Source: Gemmatimonadota bacterium (GTDB taxonomy: Bacteria; Latescibacterota; UBA2968; UBA8231). From it: a stretch of 64,000 bases of DNA. Under the pieces are notes generated by a model. It saw only the letters and a list, made by a program, of their open reading frames with translations. It had not been told where the DNA came from and did no database searches. The DNA lies in the NCBI GenBank assembly GCA_018672475.1, contig JABHFS010000001.1, positions 24,156 to 88,155 on the forward strand, in the 5' to 3' direction. Position 1 is the first letter of the stretch, and each line of letters begins with the position of its first letter. Position numbers and translations under genes: made by a program. Shown in pieces: positions 52,136-61,761 of the stretch.

Positions 52136-52151
52136 TGGCACAGTCGTTGCA
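52136..52151 (+). promoter_or_regulatory. Sigma54 (-24/-12) promoter
   Basis: TGGCAC-AGTCG-TTGCA, 27 nt upstream of the ATG at 52179, which has an AGGAGG SD. Confidence 0.8.
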
Positions 52152-52178
52152 ATAGTTCGGGTAAAAGGAGGAAGGACT

Positions 52179-53732
52179 ATGTGGCGGCTTTGGGTGATTG
52201 TTTTAGTAACCCCAGTAGTGGGGGAAGAAGAATTTTTGGATGGAGAGGATGTAGGGTATCTGGAGCGGCGATTGGATGATGGGAGAGGGTTGGGGGCGCT
52301 GGCGATGCGGTCGAGGGTTAAGGGGGCTGAGGTGGAGTGGGGGCGGTTGCAGCTGTATCAGCGGGTAGAATGGAAACCGCGGGAAGGGCAGTTGTTGTTC
52401 GCTTTGGCCGAGCGGGATCCGGGGGAGACGAATTGGCGCGATTTTAGTTCATTTTATTATCAGGTAAGTGGAAAAAAGGGAGAGCTTGTTGTCGGGGATT
52501 TACGGCCGAGTTTTGCCGCGGGTGTAATTATGGGGCGGTCTCGGCGCGGTGGGATGACAGCATCGGTCTCGGCGGATGATGGCGCGAGGTTGGGGTATCG
52601 GTCGAGTGGGGAAAATGAGGCATTGAGGGGAGCCGTATTTCGATCTGGTTGGGAGAATTGGCAAGGTGTGTTGTTCGTCGGAAAGGCGATGCGAGATGGG
52701 CGGATAAATGAGGATGGGCACGTGAGTTCGTTGCCGACGGGTGGGTACCACGTGACGACGACCGAGGTCGCGGGACAGGATCTGTTGTCCGTCCGGACCG
52801 GTGGCGGTCGGTTGCGGTGGCGGGGTGAGCATTGGCAGTGGGGGGTGACGGCGCTCGGGTTGAGTTTTTCTCATCCGCTCGATTTGCGACGGGCTGGGCG
52901 GACACCTTGGGGTTTTGTCGGTTCGAGGCAGCGCTTGGGCGGTGTGGATATGCGTTTTGGCTGGGGGCGGAGTCGGATGGCGTTGGAGGTGGCAGGCGAC
53001 GGAGTTGGGCATTGGGGTGCGGTCGGGGCTTTGGGGATACGGGTCTTGGATAGGCGGTTGCGGTTGCTTGCGCGCTATTATACACCGGGGTTTCACAGTT
53101 TTTTTGGCGGTGCTCCGGGTGCGTCGGGCATGCAGAATGAACTGGGCGGCATCGCCGTTTTGTCCGGCCGTGGGTGGCGTTTGTACGCTGAGGCCTATCG
53201 TCGGCCTCAGCGGTCCTATTTCGTACCTGTAGCAGCGACCTATGCAACTTGGGGGGCGCAGTGGGCACGGCCATTGGGCGATCTGTCGGTGCGGGGGCAG
53301 TGGCAGGGACGGTGGCGACCGCGCTGGCGGGACGGGCAGCTCGATGCGGAGAGGCAACACAAGTGGCGCTTGGATATTGATCACGCGGCTTGGCGTTGGC
53401 GCACTGAAGCGCAGCGCTTGCTTGTCGACGGGCGGATAGAGTGGGGATTGCTCGGTAGCACACGCTTTAAGACGCGTTGGCTCGCTTTGCACTTGAGCCG
53501 TTTTCAGACCGCTTCGTATGCGACGAGAGTATACGAGTTCGAGGTCGACCTACCTGGGTCGGTGAGTATCCGTCCGCTGTATGGCTCGGGTTGGCGTGCT
53601 TATGCCTTGGTTTCGGCCGCCGTTGGGAGGTGGTCGGTGAGTGCGCGGTATCGCTTGCAGTGGGATCGACGGCTGCGGCGTTATAGCGGTCTACAAGTGG
53701 ATTGGCTCGGCGGTGACGTTGACAAGCGATAG
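52179..53732 (+). CDS. Putative outer-membrane beta-barrel protein
   Basis: Trp/Tyr/Arg-rich amphipathic strands; ERDPGE..DF.SFY, RYY..FHSFF..NE.G, SY..RVYEFE.DLPG motifs reminiscent of Bacteroidota ComEA/HhH-annotated barrels. Confidence 0.65.
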   Translation: MWRLWVIVLVTPVVGEEEFLDGEDVGYLERRLDDGRGLGALAMRSRVKGAEVEWGRLQLYQRVEWKPREGQLLFALAERDPGETNWRDFSSFYYQVSGKKGELVVGDLRPSFAAGVIMGRSRRGGMTASVSADDGARLGYRSSGENEALRGAVFRSGWENWQGVLFVGKAMRDGRINEDGHVSSLPTGGYHVTTTEVAGQDLLSVRTGGGRLRWRGEHWQWGVTALGLSFSHPLDLRRAGRTPWGFVGSRQRLGGVDMRFGWGRSRMALEVAGDGVGHWGAVGALGIRVLDRRLRLLARYYTPGFHSFFGGAPGASGMQNELGGIAVLSGRGWRLYAEAYRRPQRSYFVPVAATYATWGAQWARPLGDLSVRGQWQGRWRPRWRDGQLDAERQHKWRLDIDHAAWRWRTEAQRLLVDGRIEWGLLGSTRFKTRWLALHLSRFQTASYATRVYEFEVDLPGSVSIRPLYGSGWRAYALVSAAVGRWSVSARYRLQWDRRLRRYSGLQVDWLGGDVDKR

Positions 53733-53776
53733 TTGCTTGAATAACTTCGGATATACACCCTGTACAAGGTATTTTC

Positions 53777-55324
53777 ATGCCGTCAGATGCCCAAATTCAT
53801 TACGATCTAGAAGACAGATTACGCCGCCTGAATGAGATCGGCGTGGCGTTATCCTCTGAACAACATAATCTCAACGCACTGCTCGAACGGATTTTGCAGG
53901 AGGCGCGCCGTTTTACCCGCGCCGAGGCCGGTACCCTCTATCTGGCCAAGAACGAGTCTTTGACCTTCGAAATAATACAAAACGACAAGTTGCAGATCTT
54001 TGTCGGTGGTAGCTACGGTAAAGCCGATATCCCCCCGGTCGCACTCAACAGGGAAAGCGTTTCGGGTTATGTGGCGGTTACGGGCGAAATCCTCAATATC
54101 GCCGATGTCTACGCCGAGGAGGGCCAGCATTTCGAGGGGCCGCGCAACTACGACCGGATGACGGGCTATCACACCCGTTCGATGTTGGTGGTGCCGATGC
54201 GCGACCACGATGACCAGGTGATTGGCGTATTGCAGTTGCTCAATGCGCTCTCCCCCGAGATGGATGAAGCCGTGGCTTTTTCCGCCGCGGATGTGGCGTT
54301 GATCGAGTCGTTGGCCTCGCAGGCGGCCGTGGCGATCAACAATGTGCGGTTGATTGCGGAGACCGAGGCGCTCTTTGAGTCGTTCGTGCAGGTTATGGCG
54401 ACCGCGATCGACGAACGGTCTCCTTATACGGGAGGCCATATTCGCAGAGTGGCCGAGTTGACGATGGTCATGGCCGATGCGATTAACGCCAGTTCGACGG
54501 GCTATTTCGCCGACGTCGCGTTCAGCGAAGAGGAACTCGAAGAGCTCCGGATGGCGGCCTGGATGCACGATATCGGCAAGATTACCACGCCCGAATGGAT
54601 TGTCGACAAGCCGACCAAGTTGACGACGATCTTCGATCGCGTCGAATTTTTGCGGTTGCGCTTCGCGCTGGCCCGCAAGGAACTCGAATTGCAGGTTGCT
54701 CGCGGGGTGCTCAACGCGGACGAGGGTCAGCGTCTTATGCAAGAGATTGACGAGGACTTTGACTTTATTGCCTGCAAGAATATGCCCGGCGAGTTTATGG
54801 ACGACGAGGACTTGGTGCGGCTCAAGGAAATTGCGGCCAAAACTTTCGTGCAGAACGGGGAACGGCAGTCCTATATAACGGACGAAGAACTGGAAAACCT
54901 GTCGGTTCGCAAGGGCAGCCTCACCGGCGTCGAAAGGCAGAAGATCAACGACCACGCGGCGATGAGTATCAAGATGCTCGAACAGATCCCCTTTACCCGC
55001 AAGCTGAAACAGGTGCCGACCATCGCCGGTGCCCACCATGAGAAACTCGATGGAACGGGCTATCCGCAAGGTTTGCGGGGCGAACAGATCTCTTTGCAGG
55101 CCAGAATCCTGGCCCTTGTCGATATCTTCGAATCGTTGACGGCCGATGATCGGCCCTATCGCTCTAAGCCCTTGTCGCGGGAATTGGTTCTGCGCATCCT
55201 ACAGGATATGGTCGACTCCAACCATATTGACCGGGAAGTACACGAGATGTTCAAGCGCGAAGACTTCTTCGTCAAGCTCAATGAAATCAAAGCCGAGATG
55301 GTCCACGAGCGCACGGAGCATTGA
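53777..55324 (+). CDS. GAF + HD-GYP cyclic dinucleotide phosphodiesterase
   Basis: GAF (YHTRSMLVVPM..IGVLQLLN); SPYTGGH, MHDIGK, HHEKLDGTGYP, DRPY; TTGACA-N17-TAACTT promoter at 53719-53747. Confidence 0.93.
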   Translation: MPSDAQIHYDLEDRLRRLNEIGVALSSEQHNLNALLERILQEARRFTRAEAGTLYLAKNESLTFEIIQNDKLQIFVGGSYGKADIPPVALNRESVSGYVAVTGEILNIADVYAEEGQHFEGPRNYDRMTGYHTRSMLVVPMRDHDDQVIGVLQLLNALSPEMDEAVAFSAADVALIESLASQAAVAINNVRLIAETEALFESFVQVMATAIDERSPYTGGHIRRVAELTMVMADAINASSTGYFADVAFSEEELEELRMAAWMHDIGKITTPEWIVDKPTKLTTIFDRVEFLRLRFALARKELELQVARGVLNADEGQRLMQEIDEDFDFIACKNMPGEFMDDEDLVRLKEIAAKTFVQNGERQSYITDEELENLSVRKGSLTGVERQKINDHAAMSIKMLEQIPFTRKLKQVPTIAGAHHEKLDGTGYPQGLRGEQISLQARILALVDIFESLTADDRPYRSKPLSRELVLRILQDMVDSNHIDREVHEMFKREDFFVKLNEIKAEMVHERTEH

Positions 55325-55396
55325 TGGAGCCGCGCTTATTGCGTCTCGTTCCCCAGGTGCTTGGGAGCTTTTTTTTCACCTAGGCGTCTGAAGACT

Positions 55397-58114
55397 ATGA
55401 CGCAAGTACAAATCGCTGCATCCCCAATAAAGTCCATTGTCATCATCGCATTGCTCATGCTCGGGGTGGCCAGTGCTGGTGCCGATATCCTGCAGAACGG
55501 CTCCAGCCGCACTGGGCAGATACATGCCCTAACCGTCTTCGCTCGTTTCGCCGACGAAAGCGACCTGGGTGAGGAAGTGCCGGCTTTCGCTGCGGGCATC
55601 TTCGCTGCCGAGCAGCCGGGCAGCCTACCCCATTTTTATCGCGAGATGTCGCGCGGGCAGTTTCAGCTTACGGGCGAGGTTTTGCCGCGTTGGTATGCGG
55701 CTCGCAGTGAGTCCGCGGCCTACGTCGCCCCTAACGGTAACTTCGGTGATTTTGTCCGCGAGGTGCTGGAGGCGGTTGACGACGACGTGGATCTGGGCCT
55801 CTACGATAACGACGGGCCCGACGGCGCGCCTAATTCGGGCGATGACGACGGCTATGTCGACTTTTTCTTTGTCGTTACCCGATCGGCTCCGCAGGGTTTT
55901 ATCATCGATGCGGCGACCGGTGTTGCGCAACTGGGCCTAGGTAGCGATTTCACCAGCAAGGATCCGGCCAGGCGCGGTGGTTCGATTCGGGTGCGCGCCG
56001 ACAGCGGCAGCGGCGGAGTCGGCGGTACGATACAGCGCGGACGGTCCCTGGTCGAGGCGGTGGGCAGCATGGCGCATGAGCTCGGGCATTTTTTGCTCTT
56101 GCCGGATCTCTATGATCTCGACTATGATGCCGATACGGAACTCGGCCCGGTCGACGATTCGGGCGGTATCGGCTATTGGGGGTTGATGGGGCATGGCAAC
56201 CGCGGTTGGGATGACGCGGGTGGCCCCAATCCGTTTAGCGTTTGGAGCCTGGGGCAGTTGGGTTGGCTCGGTGTCGCCAATGGTCAATTGGAAATTTTGA
56301 GTGAAGACCTAGACGACGCGGTTTTCGAGGATGTCAATGCCGGCGGCACCGTCTATATGCTGCCTGAGCCCGACGGGTTGGGTTTTTTCCTCGTCGAGTT
56401 TCGCAGTCGGCAGACCAGCTATTACGAACGCAACCTGCCTGCGGAAGGACTCTTGATTTGGCACGTGAGTACCGTGCGCGGCAGCAATGACCTGGAGTCA
56501 GCCAAGTTGCTCGACTTGGTCTGCGCCGATGGTCTCTATGCCGATGCCGGTTTTCCGTTGGGCAGTGAACCCAGTCCTTTCTCGGGGGGCGACAACCTCG
56601 ACTACTGGGCCCATGACGAGGATTACCGCATCGCCTTCGGCGGCAATCTGGGCGACGCGACCGATGTCTTTGATGGCGAGCGCTTTACCGGTTTCTGGGC
56701 CGCGTCCAACCCGGCTTCCTCGCCGGGCATCAGCGTTAGCAATATCCGCAGCCAGGGCGAGCGTATGGTGGCCGATCTCAAGCTGCGCGACCCTCGCCGC
56801 GCCGGGCCAATAGACACCGATCAGGTTTGGAGTGATCGTATCGAGTTGGTCGGTGACATAACGGTCTTGCCCGGCAGTCATCTCGACATTCTCGCTGGCA
56901 CGGAGATACTTGTGGGGCCGGATGCGTTGCGGGTTGGAGACGATCTGGATCGGGTCGAGCTTGTTGTGTACGGCACATTGACTACCAATGTTTTGGGGCG
57001 AGAGCAGACGATTTTTCGCTCGCTAGCCGCGGACCCGCGGCCTGGGGATTGGCAAGGTATCAGGTTGGGGCAGCCGGGTTCGGCCTTTTTGCGCCACACC
57101 CGTATCGAGCATGCTCGCTATGGTCTATTCGCGGAAAAAATCAACCGTGCTCTTACCCTAGAGGAAGTAGAGATCTTCCGGGCTGGCGAAGATGGAATCC
57201 ACCTAGAAGAGGTTTTAGAGGAGATAGAGCTCAACGGGGTCTTAGTCGAGGAGTCGGGGGGCATCGGGATTATGGTGGCGGGGCCGGGTTTGGTACGGGG
57301 CCGCTTAATCGATTCGCGTTCGAATGGGGTCGCCGGCTTTTTGCGCCAGGGTGGCTTTCTCGAACTCGTCGATAGCCGTTTCAGCGACAATGGCCTCGCC
57401 GCTGTTGACGGTGCTAATCTATTCTTGGGGCGCGAGGTCAGTGGCAGGGTGGCCAATAACGCTTTTAGCGGCGGTGTCGGGATTCGTTGCGTCGAGACGC
57501 GCGAAGTCATTATCGCCGATAATATCCTGAGTAATCACCAAGTTGGCATTCTATCGATCAGCGCCCGTCCGCGGATCACCGGTAATCAGTTCAACCGCAA
57601 TGAACTAGCCTTGCAGGTTGAAGGGGTCGCGGTACCGGCGCGGTTGGATTTGAATGTTGTGCAGAACACGGAGCGTCTGCTCGAAAGCGGAGCCAACCGC
57701 CCCTTAACGGCGACCAATAACTGGTGGGGCCAGACAGACGCCAACTGGATCGAAGCCCGGGTCAGTGGCGACGTGCAATGGCGCCCCTTTCTCAATTTCG
57801 ATCCGCGCGTGCCCTTGGCTTTCGCTCTGAAGCAGAATTATCCCAATCCTTTTAATGGCACAACGCGGATCGATTATCAAATCGGGATCAACGATCCAGT
57901 CGTTGCCGGGCTTACCCAAGTCACGGTGGAGGTTCGCACGATCACTGGAGGGTTAGTCCGGCGGCTTGTCGATGAGTTGGCCTCTCCGGGTTTTTATTCT
58001 ACACAATGGGATGGGCGCAACCAACAGGGTGAACGAGTGGCCAGCGGCACCTACTATTATCAGTTGAAAATCGGGCCGATCGTGCAACTCAATAAGATGC
58101 TCTTCCTCAAATAA
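55397..58114 (+). CDS. Second secreted M6-like metalloprotease with beta-helix and C-terminal sorting/FlgD-Ig domain
   Basis: Signal peptide; DNDGPDG.PNSGDDDGYVD; HELGHFLLLPD; WGLMG; NNWWG; QNYPNPFN..WDG..VASGTY. Confidence 0.87.
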   Translation: MTQVQIAASPIKSIVIIALLMLGVASAGADILQNGSSRTGQIHALTVFARFADESDLGEEVPAFAAGIFAAEQPGSLPHFYREMSRGQFQLTGEVLPRWYAARSESAAYVAPNGNFGDFVREVLEAVDDDVDLGLYDNDGPDGAPNSGDDDGYVDFFFVVTRSAPQGFIIDAATGVAQLGLGSDFTSKDPARRGGSIRVRADSGSGGVGGTIQRGRSLVEAVGSMAHELGHFLLLPDLYDLDYDADTELGPVDDSGGIGYWGLMGHGNRGWDDAGGPNPFSVWSLGQLGWLGVANGQLEILSEDLDDAVFEDVNAGGTVYMLPEPDGLGFFLVEFRSRQTSYYERNLPAEGLLIWHVSTVRGSNDLESAKLLDLVCADGLYADAGFPLGSEPSPFSGGDNLDYWAHDEDYRIAFGGNLGDATDVFDGERFTGFWAASNPASSPGISVSNIRSQGERMVADLKLRDPRRAGPIDTDQVWSDRIELVGDITVLPGSHLDILAGTEILVGPDALRVGDDLDRVELVVYGTLTTNVLGREQTIFRSLAADPRPGDWQGIRLGQPGSAFLRHTRIEHARYGLFAEKINRALTLEEVEIFRAGEDGIHLEEVLEEIELNGVLVEESGGIGIMVAGPGLVRGRLIDSRSNGVAGFLRQGGFLELVDSRFSDNGLAAVDGANLFLGREVSGRVANNAFSGGVGIRCVETREVIIADNILSNHQVGILSISARPRITGNQFNRNELALQVEGVAVPARLDLNVVQNTERLLESGANRPLTATNNWWGQTDANWIEARVSGDVQWRPFLNFDPRVPLAFALKQNYPNPFNGTTRIDYQIGINDPVVAGLTQVTVEVRTITGGLVRRLVDELASPGFYSTQWDGRNQQGERVASGTYYYQLKIGPIVQLNKMLFLK

Positions 58115-58250
58115 TGACCATTGGGGGATGGCGCTACCGGTAAGGGAGAAGTATTTTCCTATAGTACGTCCAAATAGGTAGGCCAAGTTGAGATAGGGCC
58201 TTGGGTACGGGCGAATCGCCGGTACAACATATAGGGGTAGTTCAGGTTTT

Positions 58251-58285
58251 AGCCCGGGGATATAACCCTGGGCTTTTCTTTTCTA
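58251..58285 (+). terminator. Terminator hairpin just upstream of nadB
   Basis: AGCCCGGGG / CCCTGGGCT stem followed by a T-rich tract. Confidence 0.75.
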
Positions 58286-58307
58286 ACTTTTTTATTTTGT
58301 TCAAGAT

Positions 58308-59843
58308 ATGAAGATAGAAGCCGATTATTTAATCATAGGAAGTGGCGTCGCTGGCCTTTTTTTTGCTCTTAAAGCAGCGAGGCATGGTTCGGTGGCAATT
58401 GTCACTAAGCGTGAACGGCGAGAATCCAATACGCAATATGCGCAAGGGGGCATCGCCGCTGTTATTGATGCGAGCGACTCAGTGGCCAGCCATGTAGAAG
58501 ATACGCTCGCGGCTGGCGATGGGTTGTGCGACCGGGCGATCGCGGAAGCGGTTGTTGCCGAAGGACCGGAGGTCGTACGCGAATTACTCGCGATCGGGGC
58601 TCAGTTCAATGAAGTGAGTCCCGGCGTATTGTCATTGATGCGCGAAGGCGGCCACTCGCATGCCCGGGTAGTGCATGCCGACGATATGACCGGCCGCGAA
58701 GTGACCCGGACCTTGGTTCGCGCAGTGGAAGCGCTGCCAAATGTAACGCTATACGATCATCACTTGGCGGTCGATCTGATCGTCGATGTTGAGGGCCGTT
58801 GCCGCGGAGCCCGCGTATTGGATGTCCAGGATGGACAACTGATCGAAGCGTTGGCCCCGGTGACCTTGTTGGCCACGGGAGGCTGCGGGCAGGTGTTTTT
58901 ACATACGACTAACCCGCGCGTGGCCTCGGGTGATGGGGTGGCCATGGCCTGGAGGGCCGGAGCGAATGTGGGCAATATGGAATTCACGCAATTCCATCCG
59001 ACGATGCTCTACGATCCAGGCGGACCGTCGTTTTTGGTTTCCGAGGCTTTGCGCGGTTTTGGCGCGGTCTTGGTCAATGACCGTGCCGAGGTGTTTATCG
59101 ATTCGCTGAAGACCCGTGATAAAGTTTCCCGGGCGATTGTCAGCCAGATGCAGGAAAGCGGCGCCGAATGCGTCTATTTGGATACCACGGTCAAAGACGC
59201 GGACGAAACGCGTCGCCGTTTTCCCAATATTTACCAGCATTGTCTGGGGGCTGGTATCGATATGACGAAACAGCCGATCCCGGTAGTGCCCGCGGCCCAT
59301 TATATGTGCGGCGGGGTTTGCACCGACGAGCACGGCCAGACGAATATCGCGGGCCTCTACGCAGCCGGCGAAGTCGCGATGAGCGGTTTTCAGGGCGCGA
59401 ACAGATTGGCGAGTAATTCGCTTTTGGAAGGCTTGGTTTTTGCGCGTAGGGCCGCTGGGCATGCTCGGATCGAAGCGCCAGTGGGCAAGGGTGTGAAACC
59501 GACCGCAGGCGGCAAGGGAGTCGTCGAAGCGGCGCAATTGGCAGAGCGGAGACAAGCGCTGCGGGAGATGATGTGGAACGAGGTGGGGATCGTGCGCAGC
59601 GATCAGAGCCTGCAACTGGCGAGTGCAGAGGCGGGGCGGATGGCAAAAGAAATTGAAATATTGTACGACGGGATGGCGCTCGACGCGGAGTTGGTGCAAT
59701 TGCGCAATCTGGCGACCGTAGCCGAGCTTATCGCAGGCTCGGCCCGCATGCGGCTGGAGAGCCGCGGCGGGCACTACAACAGCGACCACCCCGAACGCGA
59801 CGACGCCAATTGGCAACGACCGACGTTGCTGGTTGGGCATTAG
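58308..59843 (+). CDS. nadB: L-aspartate oxidase
   Basis: IGSGVAG, YAQGGIA, REGGHS, QFHPT, SEALRG, PAAHYMCGG, GANRLASNSLLE, ESRGGHY. Confidence 0.96.
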   Translation: MKIEADYLIIGSGVAGLFFALKAARHGSVAIVTKRERRESNTQYAQGGIAAVIDASDSVASHVEDTLAAGDGLCDRAIAEAVVAEGPEVVRELLAIGAQFNEVSPGVLSLMREGGHSHARVVHADDMTGREVTRTLVRAVEALPNVTLYDHHLAVDLIVDVEGRCRGARVLDVQDGQLIEALAPVTLLATGGCGQVFLHTTNPRVASGDGVAMAWRAGANVGNMEFTQFHPTMLYDPGGPSFLVSEALRGFGAVLVNDRAEVFIDSLKTRDKVSRAIVSQMQESGAECVYLDTTVKDADETRRRFPNIYQHCLGAGIDMTKQPIPVVPAAHYMCGGVCTDEHGQTNIAGLYAAGEVAMSGFQGANRLASNSLLEGLVFARRAAGHARIEAPVGKGVKPTAGGKGVVEAAQLAERRQALREMMWNEVGIVRSDQSLQLASAEAGRMAKEIEILYDGMALDAELVQLRNLATVAELIAGSARMRLESRGGHYNSDHPERDDANWQRPTLLVGH

Positions 59844-59869
59844 GAAGAACACTGACGAGGTAGTGGATT

Positions 59870-60922
59870 ATGAAAAAAGTCGAGCTGGCGTTGATTTGCC
59901 TGCTATTGGGGGCCTTTTCCAGCCATGCGGGCGAAGCGTTGATTACCAAGGTCCGCGGTTCTAGCCTGACGATTGATACCGGCGCCGAGGCCGGAATGGT
60001 TCAGGGCATGGTCGTAACGATCATCAGGCCTCCTGGCGAGGCTGTGATCCATCCGATCACCGGCGAAAATCTCGGGGCGCCCGAGGTTGAGATCGGCACC
60101 GGCAAGATTTCCAAGACGGCCAATCGCGCCGCTAATGTGCGTATCGGTCCCGGTCTGCTATTACCGGTGCGCCCCGGTGATATCGTTCGTTTCGTGACAT
60201 CAGACGAAGAGATGATCATGGACCAGGAGCGGTCTGTTGCGCGCGAAGATAAGGACGCCCAGGACCACCAGGGTTTCCACAAAGAAATTTCACAGTTGGC
60301 GCGCAATATCCGCAATGTCCAGGGGCGTATCGGCGGTCTGGAGAAGATGATGAAGCGCGTCGAGCGTGTCGAAGACGGTTTCAAGGTCCAGTTGCGCGGG
60401 ATCAATACCGACATGAACACCATGAAAGACGATATCAAGGATCTCAAAGAGTCGGTGGCCTTGATGGGGACAATACCGATTGTCGGTCTCGATGAGAATG
60501 GCGAGTCGATGGGCGGTGGGTTGAACCTCGAGAGCGAAGAAGACGTCGAAGCGCTCAAGCAGGTGGTGCGCGAGGTGCTCGAATCCGAACAGGTCACCAG
60601 CGATCTGCCGCCGCTCGAAGAAGAAGAATTGGCGTTGCCTGCCGAGGATGGCATGGAGATGGAGGAGGATTTAGAGGGACTGGAAGAAGAGGAAGAAGGA
60701 TCATTTTTCACCTCATCGATATTCTTCGGGATCCTGGGAGCGATCGGCATTCTAGCCGTTGCCGCCTTCGCCTATCTCAAAATGACGGCCGGTGGCGAGG
60801 AGGATGAGGAGCATGAGGAGGACGAGGAGATTACGGAAGACGACGATGATCTCGATATGGACGACGATTTGGACATGGAGATCGAAGAGGAGGACGACAT
60901 TGTCGTCGAAGAAACTTCATAG
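59870..60922 (+). CDS. Hypothetical exported protein: beta domain, coiled coil, TM helix, very acidic tail
   Basis: Signal peptide; IDTG..G..HPITGENLG motif; heptad region; hydrophobic helix; D/E-rich C-terminus. Confidence 0.7.
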   Translation: MKKVELALICLLLGAFSSHAGEALITKVRGSSLTIDTGAEAGMVQGMVVTIIRPPGEAVIHPITGENLGAPEVEIGTGKISKTANRAANVRIGPGLLLPVRPGDIVRFVTSDEEMIMDQERSVAREDKDAQDHQGFHKEISQLARNIRNVQGRIGGLEKMMKRVERVEDGFKVQLRGINTDMNTMKDDIKDLKESVALMGTIPIVGLDENGESMGGGLNLESEEDVEALKQVVREVLESEQVTSDLPPLEEEELALPAEDGMEMEEDLEGLEEEEEGSFFTSSIFFGILGAIGILAVAAFAYLKMTAGGEEDEEHEEDEEITEDDDDLDMDDDLDMEIEEEDDIVVEETS

Positions 60923-60955
60923 GCGCCGCGCGCGCTGCGAGCAAAGTGAGCAATT

Positions 60956-61756
60956 ATGTTTAGGCTAAAGACCGGGATTGGCCTCATTTTTCTGGCGATG
61001 TTGGGCACCGCTGGAGCCCAGATGCCGGACAAAGGGCTGGTTATCCGCAATACCGACGGGCTGATCTTCATCGATATGGGACGTCAAGACAATGTGATGA
61101 AGGGTGACCTTTTCGATATTATCGATGAGGACGTCGTTTTACACCCTTTAAGCGGTGACACGTTATCGGTGACGCCCAAGAGCGTCGGTGCCCTCAAAGT
61201 GCTCCAGGTCTACCCCAAGATGGCTCTGGTCCAACTGTTGCACATTCAAGGCAATAAGAATCCGATGTTGATGCGCGTGTCCCCGATCCAGAACCCGGAC
61301 CGCTTGGTGGAAATCGAACGTTATATAAAAAAGAGCGACTCGCTGGCGATGGGCGGCGCGTCGCCGCGTCTGAGCCTGGTGCCGGGTCTGTACCAGTACC
61401 ATATGGGCGAAAAGAAAAAGGGCCTGTCGATGTTGGGCGTGGAAATCACGTCTTTGGCGTTGGGGGTGGCTTACCGCTTGAGCAGTGAAGATTGGTTTAC
61501 GCAATACGAAGATCTCGGGCCTGGCCTCGCGCCGGCGGATTACGACTTCTATTTCAATGAGGCCAGCGGCCGCCGGACGTGGAGTAATCGCTTTTTCTTG
61601 ATCGCTGGCGCGCTCTATGCCTACAATCTGGTCGATGTGATGTGGATGGGGGGCGATCAGATGCCGATGCACGCGCAAGCAAATCGGAAGATGGGCCTAG
61701 GGTTGGGGATCGACGGGGACGGGCGGCCGATGTTTAACCTGGTACGCAGGTTCTAA
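60956..61756 (+). CDS. Hypothetical exported/membrane protein
   Basis: Signal peptide; IDMG..HPLSG motif like the upstream gene; SLVPGL.Q...G..KKG..YAYN.VD pattern; C-terminal Phe. Confidence 0.7.
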   Translation: MFRLKTGIGLIFLAMLGTAGAQMPDKGLVIRNTDGLIFIDMGRQDNVMKGDLFDIIDEDVVLHPLSGDTLSVTPKSVGALKVLQVYPKMALVQLLHIQGNKNPMLMRVSPIQNPDRLVEIERYIKKSDSLAMGGASPRLSLVPGLYQYHMGEKKKGLSMLGVEITSLALGVAYRLSSEDWFTQYEDLGPGLAPADYDFYFNEASGRRTWSNRFFLIAGALYAYNLVDVMWMGGDQMPMHAQANRKMGLGLGIDGDGRPMFNLVRRF

Positions 61757-61761
61757 GGCTT

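Noticed and set aside
52500-55069. Long minus-strand ORFs (330, 311 and 406 aa)
   Set aside because: Antisense to well-supported plus-strand genes, with no motifs of their own
60640-60920. GAG/GAC-rich quasi-repeats
   Set aside because: Explained by the Asp/Glu-rich protein sequence, not a DNA repeat array
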